64,000 nucleotides of DNA from Nannocystis pusilla (GCF_049060185.1 NZ_JBMEQO010000002.1); one strand, 5' to 3'. Shown: positions 54,453 through 64,000, counted from the first letter of the stretch. Numbers and translations are program-made. The notes: generated by a model from the sequence alone, not told the origin.

Positions 54453-54750
54453 GGGCCAGAACGTGGCGGAACACCTGGCCTGCAGGCGCTGGCGTCGATC
54501 GGGGGCGATGCGCGAGGACGCGCGGGCGCCGGAGCGTTGTGGCGGGGACCACACGGATCTGCTCCAGGTTCGCGAGCGGGCGCGGTCGAGCGCGGGGCAC
54601 CGCGGGCGAGCACGCCGCTCGCGCCGAGAAGCGCTGCTGCGCGAAGAGACCCGCGCGCCCGAGAGGCACGGGCGTCGACCTCGCATGTCTGCGAGGACAT
54701 ATACAAGGACATGTCCTTGTGGACATGTCCTGATGGACAGTGCTCGCGAC

Positions 54751-56529
54751 TCAGGCGGCGGAGGCGACGCCGAGGGTGCGGGCGAGGGCGCGGGCGACTG
54801 CGAGGGGCGGCCCTTGAACACGCGGACGTACGGGATGGCGCTGGCCCGGGCGGCGCGGGCGAGGATGCCGTCGATATTGTGGGCCTGGAAGCCGGTGGCG
54901 ATCAGCACGTAGTCGTAGCTGTGGCGCGAGATGCTCTCGCACTGGGCCTGGACCTTGCGGGCGTTGCCGTCGCACCAGGTGATGTCGAGGCCGAGCGACT
55001 CCTCGAGCTTCGACTTGAGGTCGGGGTCTTCGCGGTTGCTGACGAACAGGACCCGCTTGCCCTCCACCTTGGGCCGGACCTGGGCGACCAGGTGCGCGCC
55101 CGGATCGTCGACGTCGTCGGTCTCTTCCTCGAGCTCGCTGTCGCTGTCGGACGGCAGCACGCCGAGCTCGCCGCGCTTGATCACGTCCTGCAGGCCGGTG
55201 AGGCGGCGACGCATGCGGCGGTCCTCGAACAGGTCGGGGCGCAGGGCGTCGATGCGCGGGCGGATCGGCTGGACCAGCGACGCGACCTCGGGCGTGTTGT
55301 GGGCGTCGAAGGCCCGGCCGAGGAAGGCGAGCAGGGCCTCGTCGTCGAAGCTGTCGGCGGCGACCAGGGCGTCGCGTTCGGCTCGCACCGTCGCTTGCTG
55401 CTGGCGCACCTGATCGGCCGAGGGCCCGGTCTTGGCGCGCTCGGGCGGCGGGATGAACTCGGGGTCGAGCCAGCGGCGCAGCTGCGGCAGGCGCTCGCCG
55501 AGGCGCCCCGCGAGCCAGCGCAGGCGGCCCATGACGGCGCCCCAGGTCTCGGGGTCCTCGGCGGCGATGAAGCGACGGATGTCGCGCAGCGCCTGCGCGT
55601 GCTTGACGAGGGCGTCGAGCTGCTCGTTCGGCAGCTCCTCCGGCGGCGTGGTGAGGTGGCGCGGCGGCGGGTCGGTGACGTTGCCGGCGATGGCCTCGAC
55701 GGCGCGCTGGGCCTCGCGCAGGAGGGCGCGGGGCTGGCCCGGCGGGGCCTTGCGCGGGCGGTCGGCCCAGCCGTAGTCGTCGACCGGGACCTCGCTGGTC
55801 ATCGCTCGCTCGCGATGGTTCTGCACGAACTCGTGCGCCTCGGCCCAGGTCTTCGGCGCGTGCAGCGTCTTGAGCCCGAGCTCGGTGACCACGCACGCGG
55901 GCACCGCGTTCATCTGCAGCGCCTGCACCGAGCCGGGCCACAAGGTCTTGCTGAGGTTCGTCAGCTCGTGGGCGATCCGCCGCACCAGCACGGTGATCTT
56001 GTGCTCACCCTGGAACTGCTCGTCGAAGCTGCGCGCGCGGAGATCCACGCCAGCATGTAGACCTTCTGATAGCGCGGCGACATCAGCGCGAAGTCGGGCC
56101 GCATGTCCTGGATGTCCTTGAGGATCTCTTCCAGGGTCTCGCGCGCCTCGGCGACCGCAGCAGCGGGATAAGTCGGTAGCTGGATCCGTCCGACGATCGG
56201 GCTGCGCGGTAGCTCGGGCTGCTCGGGCGCGGCGGGCGGGGCGGTGGGGATAACTTCGGCGGATACTGCGGCGCTGGGTGGCGCCGCCTGCGGACGGGCT
56301 GGCTCCTGGAGGCCGTCGCGGAAGCGATCGAAGAGCTGACGCGCGGCCGCCGACGAAACATCTGCGTCAGCGCATCTTCGAGGGCGCTGTCGCGGTCGGG
56401 TCCGCGGCCGAGCCACCGCTCCGTGTCGCGCCAGATCAGCACCTCGGTCCACTGATGGGTATACATCGCGTGGCGGTAGCCGCTGTCCGCGAGAAACTTG
56501 GGTAGCCAGCGCGCGCCGTCGTCGTGCAT
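54751..56529 (-). CDS. Hypothetical protein with a C-terminal DUF2325-like domain, carrying two or three frameshifts.
   Basis: The protein spans ORFs 56083..56529 (MHDDGARWLPKFLADSGYRHAMYTHQWTEVLIWRDTERWLG…), 55961..56659 and 53949..56048 (…KRVLFVSNREDPDLKSKLEESLGLDITWCDGNARKVQAQCESISRHSYDYVLIATGFQAHNIDGILARAARASAIPYVRVFKGRP…). Coding is consistent across them. Confidence 0.5.
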
Positions 56530-56708
56530 CGCCCGTTACGCTAGTCTTTTCGCGCTGCTGCTGCAACGAAGGGGCAAATGCCGCGCGCGGCCGAGGTCCG
56601 CGCGGGCAGGGTGAGGGCCTGCCGTGGCGGATGCTGTTCAGCGCCGCGCGCGCCGTCACGGACGCCGTTCGCCGCCCGTGAGGCCCGATCAGAACCGCGT
56701 GCGGCGGT

Positions 56709-57486
56709 TCAGGTGCCGATGACCGAGCCGCCGTCGACGCTCAAGATGGCGCCGTTGATGAAGCTCGACTTGTCGTCGGCCAGGAAGAGATAGGCGCGAG
56801 CGATGTCGTCGGGCAATCCGGCGCGGCCGACCGGGGTGTGCTCGATCAGCGCGTTATAAACCTTCTCGGGGATGCTCTTGACCATGTCGGTGGCGATGAA
56901 GCCCGGGGCGACGGCGTTCGCCGTGATGCCGTAGCGGCCGAGCTCGCGCGCCCATACGCGCGTCATGCCGACGACGCCGGCCTTGGCGGCGACGTAGTTG
57001 GTCTGGCCGAAGTTGCCGTACAATGCGACCACCGAGCTGGTGCTGACGATTCGCCCGTACTTCTGGGCGATCATCGTCGGCACGACCGCCTGGGTGCAGT
57101 TGAACACGCCCTTGAGGCAGACATCGAGGACGAACTGGAACTGGTCGGCGCTCATCTGTCCGACCACCTGACCGTCCTTGACCTTGACGAGCTGGCCGTC
57201 GCGGACGACGCCAGCGTTGTTGATGAGGACGTCGATCCGGCCGAACCGCTCGAGCACGGCGGCGACCCCGGCGACGCAGTCCTCGGGCTTGCTGACGTCG
57301 ACCTTGCGGGCGATGGCGACGCCGCCGGCGGCGGTGATCGCGGACACGACCTCCTCGGCTGCCTGTTCGGCCAGGTCCCACGGCCACGCCGTAGCCGGCC
57401 TCGGCGAACTTGAGAGCGGTGGCGCGGCCGATGCCGTTGCCGCCGCCGGTGACGATGGCGATCCGCGGTTGCTGGGTGCTTGTCAT
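56709..57486 (-). CDS. fabG: 3-oxoacyl-ACP reductase (FabG-like SDR), with a frameshift at about 57370.
   Basis: MTSTQQPRIAIVTGGGNGIGRATALKFAEAGYGVAV in ORF 56854.. continues into ORF 56709..57347 with the SDR catalytic region (…NFGQTNYVAAKAGVVGMTRVWARELGRYGITANAVAPGFIATDM…). It is adjacent to an ACP gene. Confidence 0.8.
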
Positions 57487-57653
57487 GCGGCGGCGAGCGT
57501 ACCGAGGGCCGCCGAGGTCGCCTGCACCAAGAGCCAGGGGAGATGTGAGCTTGCGCGGTGTCGGTGGCCGCAGCGCGCGGCTCGGGCGTCCACGGAGGAT
57601 GATGGCCGCCGCTTGTCGTCTCCAGGGCGATCCCCGTAGGATGCGCCGACCCC

Positions 57654-57941
57654 ATGACAGAGACCGCCCCGCCCGAAGCCCTGGTCCGCGAGATCAAGGA
57701 GCTCATCATCGAGGCCCTGATGCTGCAGGACATGACCCCCGAGGACATCGACCCGGAGGCTCCGCTCCTGGTCGAGGGGCTGGGCCTCGACTCGATCGAC
57801 GTGCTCGAGCTGGCGATGGCCATCGGCAAGAAGTACGGCGTCAAGACCCGCGCCGACGACGCCCAGAACCGGCACATCTTCGCCAGCGTGACCAACCTGG
57901 CCCGCTTCGTCGCTGAACAGCGCGCGCCGGCGGCGAGCTGA
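57654..57941 (+). CDS. Acyl carrier protein.
   Basis: MTETAPPEALVREIKELIIEALMLQDMTPEDIDPEAPLLVEGLGLDSIDVLELAMAIGKKYGV… carries the phosphopantetheine attachment motif GLDSID. The gene lies in a single frame. Confidence 0.85.
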   Translation: MTETAPPEALVREIKELIIEALMLQDMTPEDIDPEAPLLVEGLGLDSIDVLELAMAIGKKYGVKTRADDAQNRHIFASVTNLARFVAEQRAPAAS

Positions 57942-57999
57942 GGCCCGACATGGCGGACCCGAACGGCGAGCCGCGGCGAGCCGCGGGGTCCCGAGGTGG

Positions 58000-58598
58000 G
58001 TGCCCGCGGTGCTGCGGTCGATGGTGATCGGCGGCTATCCGCTGGTCGTGTACCTCGGCATGACGCGCTGGAGCCCGCGCACGTTGGCGCTGGTGCTGGC
58101 GGCGGCGCTGCTCCGGGGCTCTTGCTGCGCCTGCGCGAGGCCCGGCGCGAGGACCTGTGGCCGGTGCTGCGGGTGCCGCTGTCGCTGTTCGGGCTGTTCG
58201 CGGTGGCGGCGCTGTCGGGCGAGCAGCGGCTGTTCATGGCCCTGCCGGTGCTGGTCAACCTGGGACTGTTGGCCAACTTCGCCGCCAGCCTGCGCGGGCC
58301 GGTGTCGCTGGTCGAACGGTTCGCGCGCCTGCAGGAGCCCGACCTGCCGCCCGGCGGGCCGGCGTACTGCCGGACCTGGACCAAGATCTGGTGCGGCTTC
58401 TTCGTCGCCAACGCGCTCGTCAGCGCCGGCCTGGCGCTGTGGGCCCCGGTGGCCTGGTGGACGCTCTACACCGGACTTTTGGCCTACCTGCTGATCGGGG
58501 TAATGTTCACCGTCGAGTACGTCGTCCGCAAGGCGACCTTCCGTCGCTTCGGCGACGGTCTGCCCGACCGCCTGCTCCGTCGACTGCTCCGCGCATGA
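58000..58598 (+). CDS. Small integral membrane protein of the pigment-type cluster, with a frameshift at about 58110.
   Basis: ORF 58000.. (MPAVLRSMVIGGYPLVVYLGMTRWSPRTLALVLAAALL) joins ORF 57996..58598 (…LWPVLRVPLSLFGLFAVAALSGEQRLFMALPVLVNLGLLANFAASL…WAPVAWWTLYTGLLAYLLIGVMFTVEYVVRK…). Several TM helices are present. Confidence 0.55.
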
Positions 58599-60010
58599 AG
58601 TCGTTCGTCCCGCTCGTCCACACCGATCCCGTGGCGCTCGTCGCCGTCGGCGAGGCCGGCGCACGCACGGCCGGCGAGCTCATGCGCGACGCGAGGGCCG
58701 TCGCGGCGCGGCTGCCGGCGCCCGCGCCAGGCAGCGAGGTGCTGGTGGTGTGCGGCGACCGCTACCACCTGGCGGTGACGACCCTGGCGGCGTGGCTGCG
58801 CGGCCACGCGGTCGCGCTGCCGCCCAACGCCCAGCCGGCGGCCGTGCGCGAGCTGGCCGGGCGGCCGTCGGTGGTCGCGCTGCTGCACGACTCCGACCTG
58901 GCCGACGCGCAGGACGTCCGCGAGTGGTTGGAAGGACATGTTCCAGGGACATGGCCGATCCGACATGGCCCGAAGCGCTGGCGGCCGATCGCCGGCTGGC
59001 GGTCGTGTACACCTCGGGCAGCACCGGCGATCACCAGCCGTGCGCCAAGACGGCCGCGCAGCTGCTCGGCGAGGCGCAGGCGCTGGCGGCCACGTTCGCC
59101 CTGCGGGCCGGGGAGGTGGCGCTGGCGACGGTGCCGCCGTACCACCTCTACGGGCTGCTGTTCGGGATCCTGGCGCCGCTGGCCGCGGGGCGGCGTTCGC
59201 CCGCGAGACGCCGCTGCACGCCGAGACGGTGGCCCGGGCGGCGCGGCAGGTGGAGGCGACGGTGCTGGTGAGCACGCCGGCGCACCTGCGCGGCCTGACT
59301 GTGCTGACGCGCGGCGACCTGCCGCCGCTGTCGCGGGTGTTCTCGTCGGGCGCGCCGCTGCCGCGGGCGACCGCGGACGAGCTGCTGACGAAGCTGGGCC
59401 TGCAGGTGACCGAGGTGTACGGTTCGTCGGAGACCGGCGGGATCGGCTGGCGGCGGCACGAGGATGTTTTAAAGACATGTCCCCGGAGCCAGCCTGGACG
59501 CCGCTGCCGGGAGTGACTGTGGAGGTGGCGGCAGAGGGCCGGCTGCTGCTGCGCTCGCCGTTCCTGGCCCCGGACGCGCCGGTGCCGTACCCGTGCGAGG
59601 ACCGCGTCGAGGTCGACGCGCGCGGCGGGTTCCACCTGCGCGGGCGGCTCGATGGGGTGGTGAAGATCGCCGGCAAGCGGGTGGCGGTGGCCGAGGTCGA
59701 GCAGCGCCTGCTGGCGCTGCCGGCGGTGGCCGACGCCGCGGTGGTGGCGGTCGAGTCGCCGGGCGCCCGCGGGCACGAGCTGGTGGCCGCAGTGGTCGCG
59801 CGCGAGGCCGGGCGCGACGCCGGCGAGCTGGTGGCCGAGCTGCGGCGGGCGCTGCTGCCGTGGTTCGACCAGGTGGTGGTGCCGCGGCGGATCAAGGTGG
59901 TGCCGGCGCTGCCGCGCGAGCCGAGCGGCAAGCTGACGCGGCGCAAGCTGCACGCGCTGCTCGGGCTCGCGGGCGAAGAGGAAGTCGCGGCGGGTGGCCC
60001 GAGGGACATG
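58595..60010 (+). CDS. AMP-dependent synthetase/ligase (acyl-ACP/CoA ligase-like), with a frameshift at about 58940; in this assembly no stop codon separates it from the following dehydratase domain.
   Basis: The N-terminus MKSFVPLVHTDPVALVAV… is followed by the AMP-binding motif LAVVYTSGSTGDHQPCAK and conserved A-domain core motifs (…YGSSETGGIGW…, …GKLTRRKL). The frames of ORF 58157..60616 and ORF 58750..59271 are joined by a 1-nt shift inside a GGACATG-rich stretch. Confidence 0.75.
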
Positions 60011-60129
60011 TCCGTAAGTTCGGCGAGTGACGCGCCGAGCGCGGGATCGGGACCGGGTGACGCACGGGACATGTCCGCCGGGACAGAGGGCCCGGGCGCG
60101 TCGGTGAGTGGCCCCAGGGACATGTCCGC

Positions 60130-60505
60130 AGGGGCAGAGGGCCCGGGCGCGTCGGCGTTCGCGCTGCGCGGGCATACGCGGCGCGACGAGGGCGGCGCGT
60201 CGGTGCACGAGGTCGAGGTGGGGGTGCCGGTCGACCTGGCGTTCTTCCGCGGGCACTTCGACGCGCTGCCGGTGCTGCCGGGGGTGGCGCAGCTGACCGC
60301 TCTGGTAGTGCCGCAGGTGGCGGCGCTGCGGCCGGAGCTGGGGCCGCTGCGGCGGGCGGCGCGGCTGAAGTTCACCCGGCCGATCGCGCCGGGCGACGCC
60401 CTGCTGCTGCGGCTCGAGGTCCGGGGACTCAGGTCCGCTTCTCCCTGGCGCGGGCCGGCGAGGTGGTCACGGCGGGGGCGCTCGAGTACGAGGCGCGCGG
60501 AGGCT
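60130..60505 (+). CDS. Hot-dog-fold (FabA/FabZ-like) dehydratase domain or protein, with a frameshift at about 60435.
   Basis: …VHEVEVGVPVDLAFFRGHFDALPVLPGVAQLTALVVPQVAAL…RLKFTRPIAPGDALLLRLEV… matches the 3-hydroxyacyl-ACP dehydratase hot-dog signature. The true C-terminus (…FSLARAGEVVTAGALEYEARGG*) is reached after a 1-nt shift. Confidence 0.6.
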
Positions 60506-60635
60506 GAGGCGGTGCGTATGGCCGAAGGGGCAGGTCGTTGCCAGGTGTCCGGGAGGACAGGTCGTCCGCCGACGGGCGGCGGGCCGGATGCGCCCCGCGT
60601 CGGGAGGCGGGCATGAGCGCGGACGGGGGCAGGAC

Positions 60636-61425
60636 ATGTCCCGAGGGACAGGTGAAGCCGGGGCCGCGGCGTTCCGGCCGTGCGCGCTGATCCCGACCTT
60701 CGACAACCCGCGGACGGTGCGGGACGTGGTGCTGCGGGTCAAGGCGCACCTGCCCGACGTGGTGGTCATCGACGACGGCTCGGGGCCGGAGGGCCGCGCC
60801 GCGGTCGAGGCGATCGGGGCGGAGGGGCTGGCGCACGTGCGGCGACGGCCGCAAAACGGCGGCAAGGGGCGGCGGTCAAGACCGGGTTCCAGTTCGCCCA
60901 CGAGCTCGGCTACACCCACGCGCTGCAGGTCGACGCCGACGGGCAACATGACCTCAAGGACATCCCGCAATCCTCGCCACCGCGCGCGAGCGGCCGAACG
61001 CGCTGATCCTCGGGGCGCCGGTGTACGACGCGTCGGCGCCGAAGGGGCGGCTCATCGCCCGCAAGATCACGCTGTTCTGGACCAACTTCGAGGCCGGTCG
61101 CGGGGTCATCACCGACCCGATGTGCGGCTTCCGCGTGTACCCGCTGGTGCCCGCGCTGGCGCTCGGGCGCACCGGCGACCGCATGGACTTCGACATCGAG
61201 ATCGCGGTCCGCCTGGTGTGGGCCGGGGTGCCGGTGATCAACCTGCCCACCAAGGTCCGCTACATCGGCCGCGACGAGGGCGGGGTGTCGCACTTCCGCG
61301 TGTTCGGCGACAACGTCAAGATCTCGTGGCTGCACACCCGGCTGTCGTTCCAGCGGGTGATGGTGCGCCCGTGGATCAACCTCTACCGCCGCCTGCGCCG
61401 CCCGGCGCTGCCGGCCGGCCGCTGA
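60636..61425 (+). CDS. Family-2 glycosyltransferase, with a frameshift at about 60870.
   Basis: …CALIPTFDNPRTVRDVVLRVKAHLPDVVVIDDGSGPEGRAAVE… and (other frame) …HALQVDADGQHDL… then …ITDPMCGFRVYPL… are GT2 (DxD, Q/RxxRW-like) hallmarks. The candidate start ATG lies at the centre of a GGACATGTCC palindrome. Confidence 0.7.
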
Positions 61426-61458
61426 CCGGGCTGCGCGAGAGGACAGGTTCGATCGGCC

Positions 61459-62502
61459 ATGGCGCATCAGGCAGGTACGAAGGGACATGTCCCGGAGGAC
61501 GACCCGAGCGGGGCCGCGGCGAGCGAGCGCGGGGCGGGCGTGCCGGCGACCACCGCGGGTCAGGGGAGCGAGCGTGAGGCGGGCGGCGCCGCGGCGGTCC
61601 CGGCGGTCGAGGGCGACCGGGCGTGGATGACCCGGCCCGAACGCGGGACGGTGATCGGGATCAAGGCGACGCTGCTGTTCTGCCGGGTGTTCGGCCGCCG
61701 CGGGGCGGGTGCTGCTGGCGGTGATCACCTTCTACTACGCGCTGTTCGCCGGGGCGGCGCGGCGGGCCTCGCAGGACTACCTGCGGCGGATCGGCCAGCC
61801 ACACGGCTTTGGGCCAGCTGGCGCCACATCTACACGTTCGCCCGCTGCGCGCTCGACCGCGTGTTCCTGGTCCGCGGCGAGACCTCGCGGTTCCGCATCA
61901 CGCACACGGGCATCGAGCACCTGCGGGCGCTGCAGCAGCAGGGCCGAGGGGCGCTGCTGCTCGGGGCCCACCTCGGCTCGTTCGAGGCGATGCGGGCCAG
62001 CAGCGTCGACAAGCGGCTGCCGATCCACATCCTCGCGTACTGGCAGAACGCGAAGATGATCAACGACTTCTTGCGCACGGTCGGGGCCGACTTCGACGTG
62101 CGCGTGATCCCGATCGACCCGCGCGACACCAGCTACATCCTGGCCGCCAAGGAGGCGATCGAGCGCGGCGAGCTGGTGGCGGTGCTCGGCGACCGGGTCG
62201 GGGTCAACGAGAAGACCTGCACGGCCGAGTTCCTGGGCGCTCCGGCGCGCTTCCCGACCGGGCCCTACACCCTGGCGGCGCTGCTAAAGTGCCCGATCTA
62301 TTTGACTTTCGGGCTCTACCACGGGCCTGACCGCTACGATCTGTATTGCGAGCCCTTCGCCGAACAATTAGAACTCCCCAGAGGCCGCCGCGAGGCCGCC
62401 ACCGCCGCCCATGTCCAGCGCTACGCCGAACGCCTCGAGCACTACTGCCGCCTCGCGCCGCTCAACTGGTTCAACTTCTACGAGTTCTGGAGGGCAGAGT
62501 GA
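61459..62502 (+). CDS. LpxL/HtrB-like lysophospholipid acyltransferase (LPLAT), with a frameshift at about 61700-61800.
   Basis: …FRITHTGIEHLRALQQQGRGALLLGAHLGSFEAMR… (with the HxxxxD-like region) continues to …VAVLGDRVGVNEK…FLGAPARFPTGPYTLAALLKCPIYLTFGLY…. This is the typical acyltransferase of aryl-polyene/flexirubin-type clusters. Confidence 0.75.
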   Translation: MAHQAGTKGHVPEDDPSGAAASERGAGVPATTAGQGSEREAGGAAAVPAVEGDRAWMTRPERGTVIGIKATLLFCRVFGRRGAGAAGGDHLLLRAVRRGGAAGLAGLPAADRPATRLWASWRHIYTFARCALDRVFLVRGETSRFRITHTGIEHLRALQQQGRGALLLGAHLGSFEAMRASSVDKRLPIHILAYWQNAKMINDFLRTVGADFDVRVIPIDPRDTSYILAAKEAIERGELVAVLGDRVGVNEKTCTAEFLGAPARFPTGPYTLAALLKCPIYLTFGLYHGPDRYDLYCEPFAEQLELPRGRREAATAAHVQRYAERLEHYCRLAPLNWFNFYEFWRAE

Positions 62503-64000
62503 GTAGCGCGCGCGTCCTCATCGTGGGGCCCGGCGGGATCGGCCTCGACGACGTGGTTCAGCTGGCCGAAGGGACAGCTTTCCCGGCGCTCGACGACGCC
62601 CCGGAGTACCGGGCCCTGCTGGGCCGCGGCGCCGGCCACCTGGCGCGCCGGCTGGCCGCGGGCGAGGTCGTGTACGGGGTCACGACCGGGTTCGGCGACT
62701 CGTGCGAGACGAGCGTGCCCGACGAGCACGTGGCGGCGATGCCGATCAACCTGATGCGCTTCCACGGCTGCGGCACCGGGCGGATCCTCGACGAGGTCGA
62801 GGCGGCCGCGGTGGTGGCGGTGCGGCTGGTGGCGCTGGCGCGCGGCTGGTCGGGCGTGCGCGTCGAGGTGCTCGAGCGCCTGTGCGATCTGCTGCGGCAC
62901 CGTCTGCTGCCGCGGATCCCCGCCGAGGGCTCGGTCGGGGCCAGCGGCGACCTGACGCCGCTGTCGTACGTGGTGGCGGCGCTGGTCGGCGAGCGCGAGG
63001 TCTGGTTCAAGGGACAGGTCGCGCCCGCGGCCGAGGCGCTGCGCGAGGCCGGGATCCCGCCGCTCGTGCTGCAGCCCAAGGAGAGCCTGGCGCTGATGAA
63101 CGGGACCAGCGTCATGGTCGGGCTCGGTTGCCTGGCGGTCGCGCGCGCGCAGCGGCTGGCGCGCCTGTGTGCGGCGCTGACGGCGATGGGCAGCGACGTG
63201 CTCGGCGGCAACCCCGCTCACTTCGACGACCGCATCTTCGCCGCCAAGCCGCACCCGGGCCAGAGGGCCGTGGCGGGGTGGATCCGCGAAGATATCGAGT
63301 TCCCGCGGCCGGCAGCCCCGCCCGCATCCAGGACCGCTACTCCATCCGCTGCGCCCCGCACGTCATCGGGGTCCTCGTCGACGCGCTACCCTGGGTCCGG
63401 CAGTGGCTCGAGGTCGAGATCGTCGGCGCCAACGACAACCCGCTGGTCGACCCGGAGACCGGCGAGGTGCTGCACGGCGGCAACTTCTACGGCGGTCACG
63501 CCTGCTTCGCGCTCGACTCGCTCAAGACGGCGGTGGCCAACCTCGCCGACCTGGTCGATCGCCAGATCGCGCTGGTCTGCAACCCGGACACGAACGCAGG
63601 CCTGCCGGCCAACCTGGTCGGGCGCACGGGCCCCGATCGTGCGGCGCACCACGGCTTCAAGGCGATGCAGATCTCGGCCTCGGCGCTGGCGGCCGAGGCG
63701 TTGAAGCTGACGATGCCGGCCAGCGTCTTCAGCCGAAGCACCGAATGCCACAACCAGGACAAGGTGAGCATGGGCACGATCGCGGCGCGCGACTGCCTCC
63801 GGATCGTCGAGCTGACCGAGACGGTCGCCGCGATCGGGCTGCTCACCATGTGCCAGGCGGTCGACCTGCGCGCGGGGCACAACGTCCACGCGCGGGCGCG
63901 CACGCTGCACGCGGCGGTGCGCGGCGTCATCCCGATGGTCGACGCCGACCGCCGCCAGGACCGGGACATCGCCGCGGTGCTGACGCTGATGCGCGCGAAC
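62499..64000 (+). CDS. Aromatic amino acid ammonia-lyase (HAL/PAL/TAL family, MIO-dependent), partial at the window end, with a frameshift at about 63300.
   Basis: The GTG start overlaps the upstream stop. It carries the MIO-forming motif GSVGASGDLTPLSYV and a conserved lyase body (…GTSVMVGLGCLA…; after the shift …YSIRCAPHVIGVL…NDNPLVDPETGEVLHGGNFYGGH…NQDKVSMG…). Confidence 0.8.

Noticed and set aside
54700-54740. GGACATGTCC matching the eukaryotic p53 response-element half-site consensus RRRCWWGYYY.
   Set aside because: This is a coincidental resemblance with no biological relevance in a bacterial genome.
60000-60130. Treating the stop-free junction between the AMP-ligase and the hot-dog dehydratase as a proven gene fusion.
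   Set aside because: The 130-bp linker is made of three GGGACATGTCC-containing repeats and the assembly is riddled with indels. A fusion is possible but not established.

Overview
This is a very high-GC (~70%+) window that looks like a myxobacterial (Sorangium/Polyangiaceae-type) chromosome. Only genes I could support from sequence or protein motifs are listed; there are no rRNA, tRNA or CRISPR features. A caveat affects nearly every call below: most recognisable genes change reading frame one or more times, usually by a single base in a G/C or A/T homopolymer. I read this as assembly indel error rather than mass pseudogenisation. Coordinates are therefore gene envelopes and start codons are approximate.

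Annotated content:
- Left third: a partial minus-strand gene at the left edge and several hypothetical proteins. An ECF sigma factor sits upstream of a large carboxypeptidase-regulatory-like repeat protein ending in a PDZ domain. A secreted-protein island follows: several Myxococcus-type cysteine-rich repeat lipoproteins and a PAP2 phosphatase.
- Centre: a roughly 3200-aa TPR protein occupies about 9.6 kb on the minus strand. After it come an IS21 istB remnant, a redox block (c-type cytochrome, di-haem cytochrome c peroxidase, CotA-like multicopper oxidase), a DUF1552 protein, a SAM-dependent methyltransferase, a TetR regulator with twin operators, an S41 peptidase, short-chain dehydrogenases and a tandem M16 metallopeptidase.
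- Right end: a small XRE regulator paired with a DUF2975-type membrane protein and palindromic operators, then the start of an aryl-polyene/flexirubin-like lipid-pigment cluster. That cluster has FabG, ACP, a membrane protein, an AMP-ligase with a hot-dog dehydratase, a family-2 glycosyltransferase, an LpxL-like acyltransferase and an aromatic amino acid ammonia-lyase. It runs off the window edge.

The most unusual signal is a heavily over-represented family of short palindromes. The core is TGTCC-N4-5-GGACA(GGTG), with a 10-bp perfect palindrome GGACATGTCC. There are at least 30 copies in the window, in tight tandem arrays and as single copies. They lie mostly between genes, often at convergent 3' ends, upstream of genes or directly over predicted ATG start codons; only a minority are within coding sequence. 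Copies are densest in the pigment-like cluster.

Other repeat structures include a 5 x ~70-bp hairpin array, ~75-bp structured repeats flanking one Cys-rich gene, a 62-bp tandem duplication of a gene's 3' end, and a Gln-coding microsatellite.
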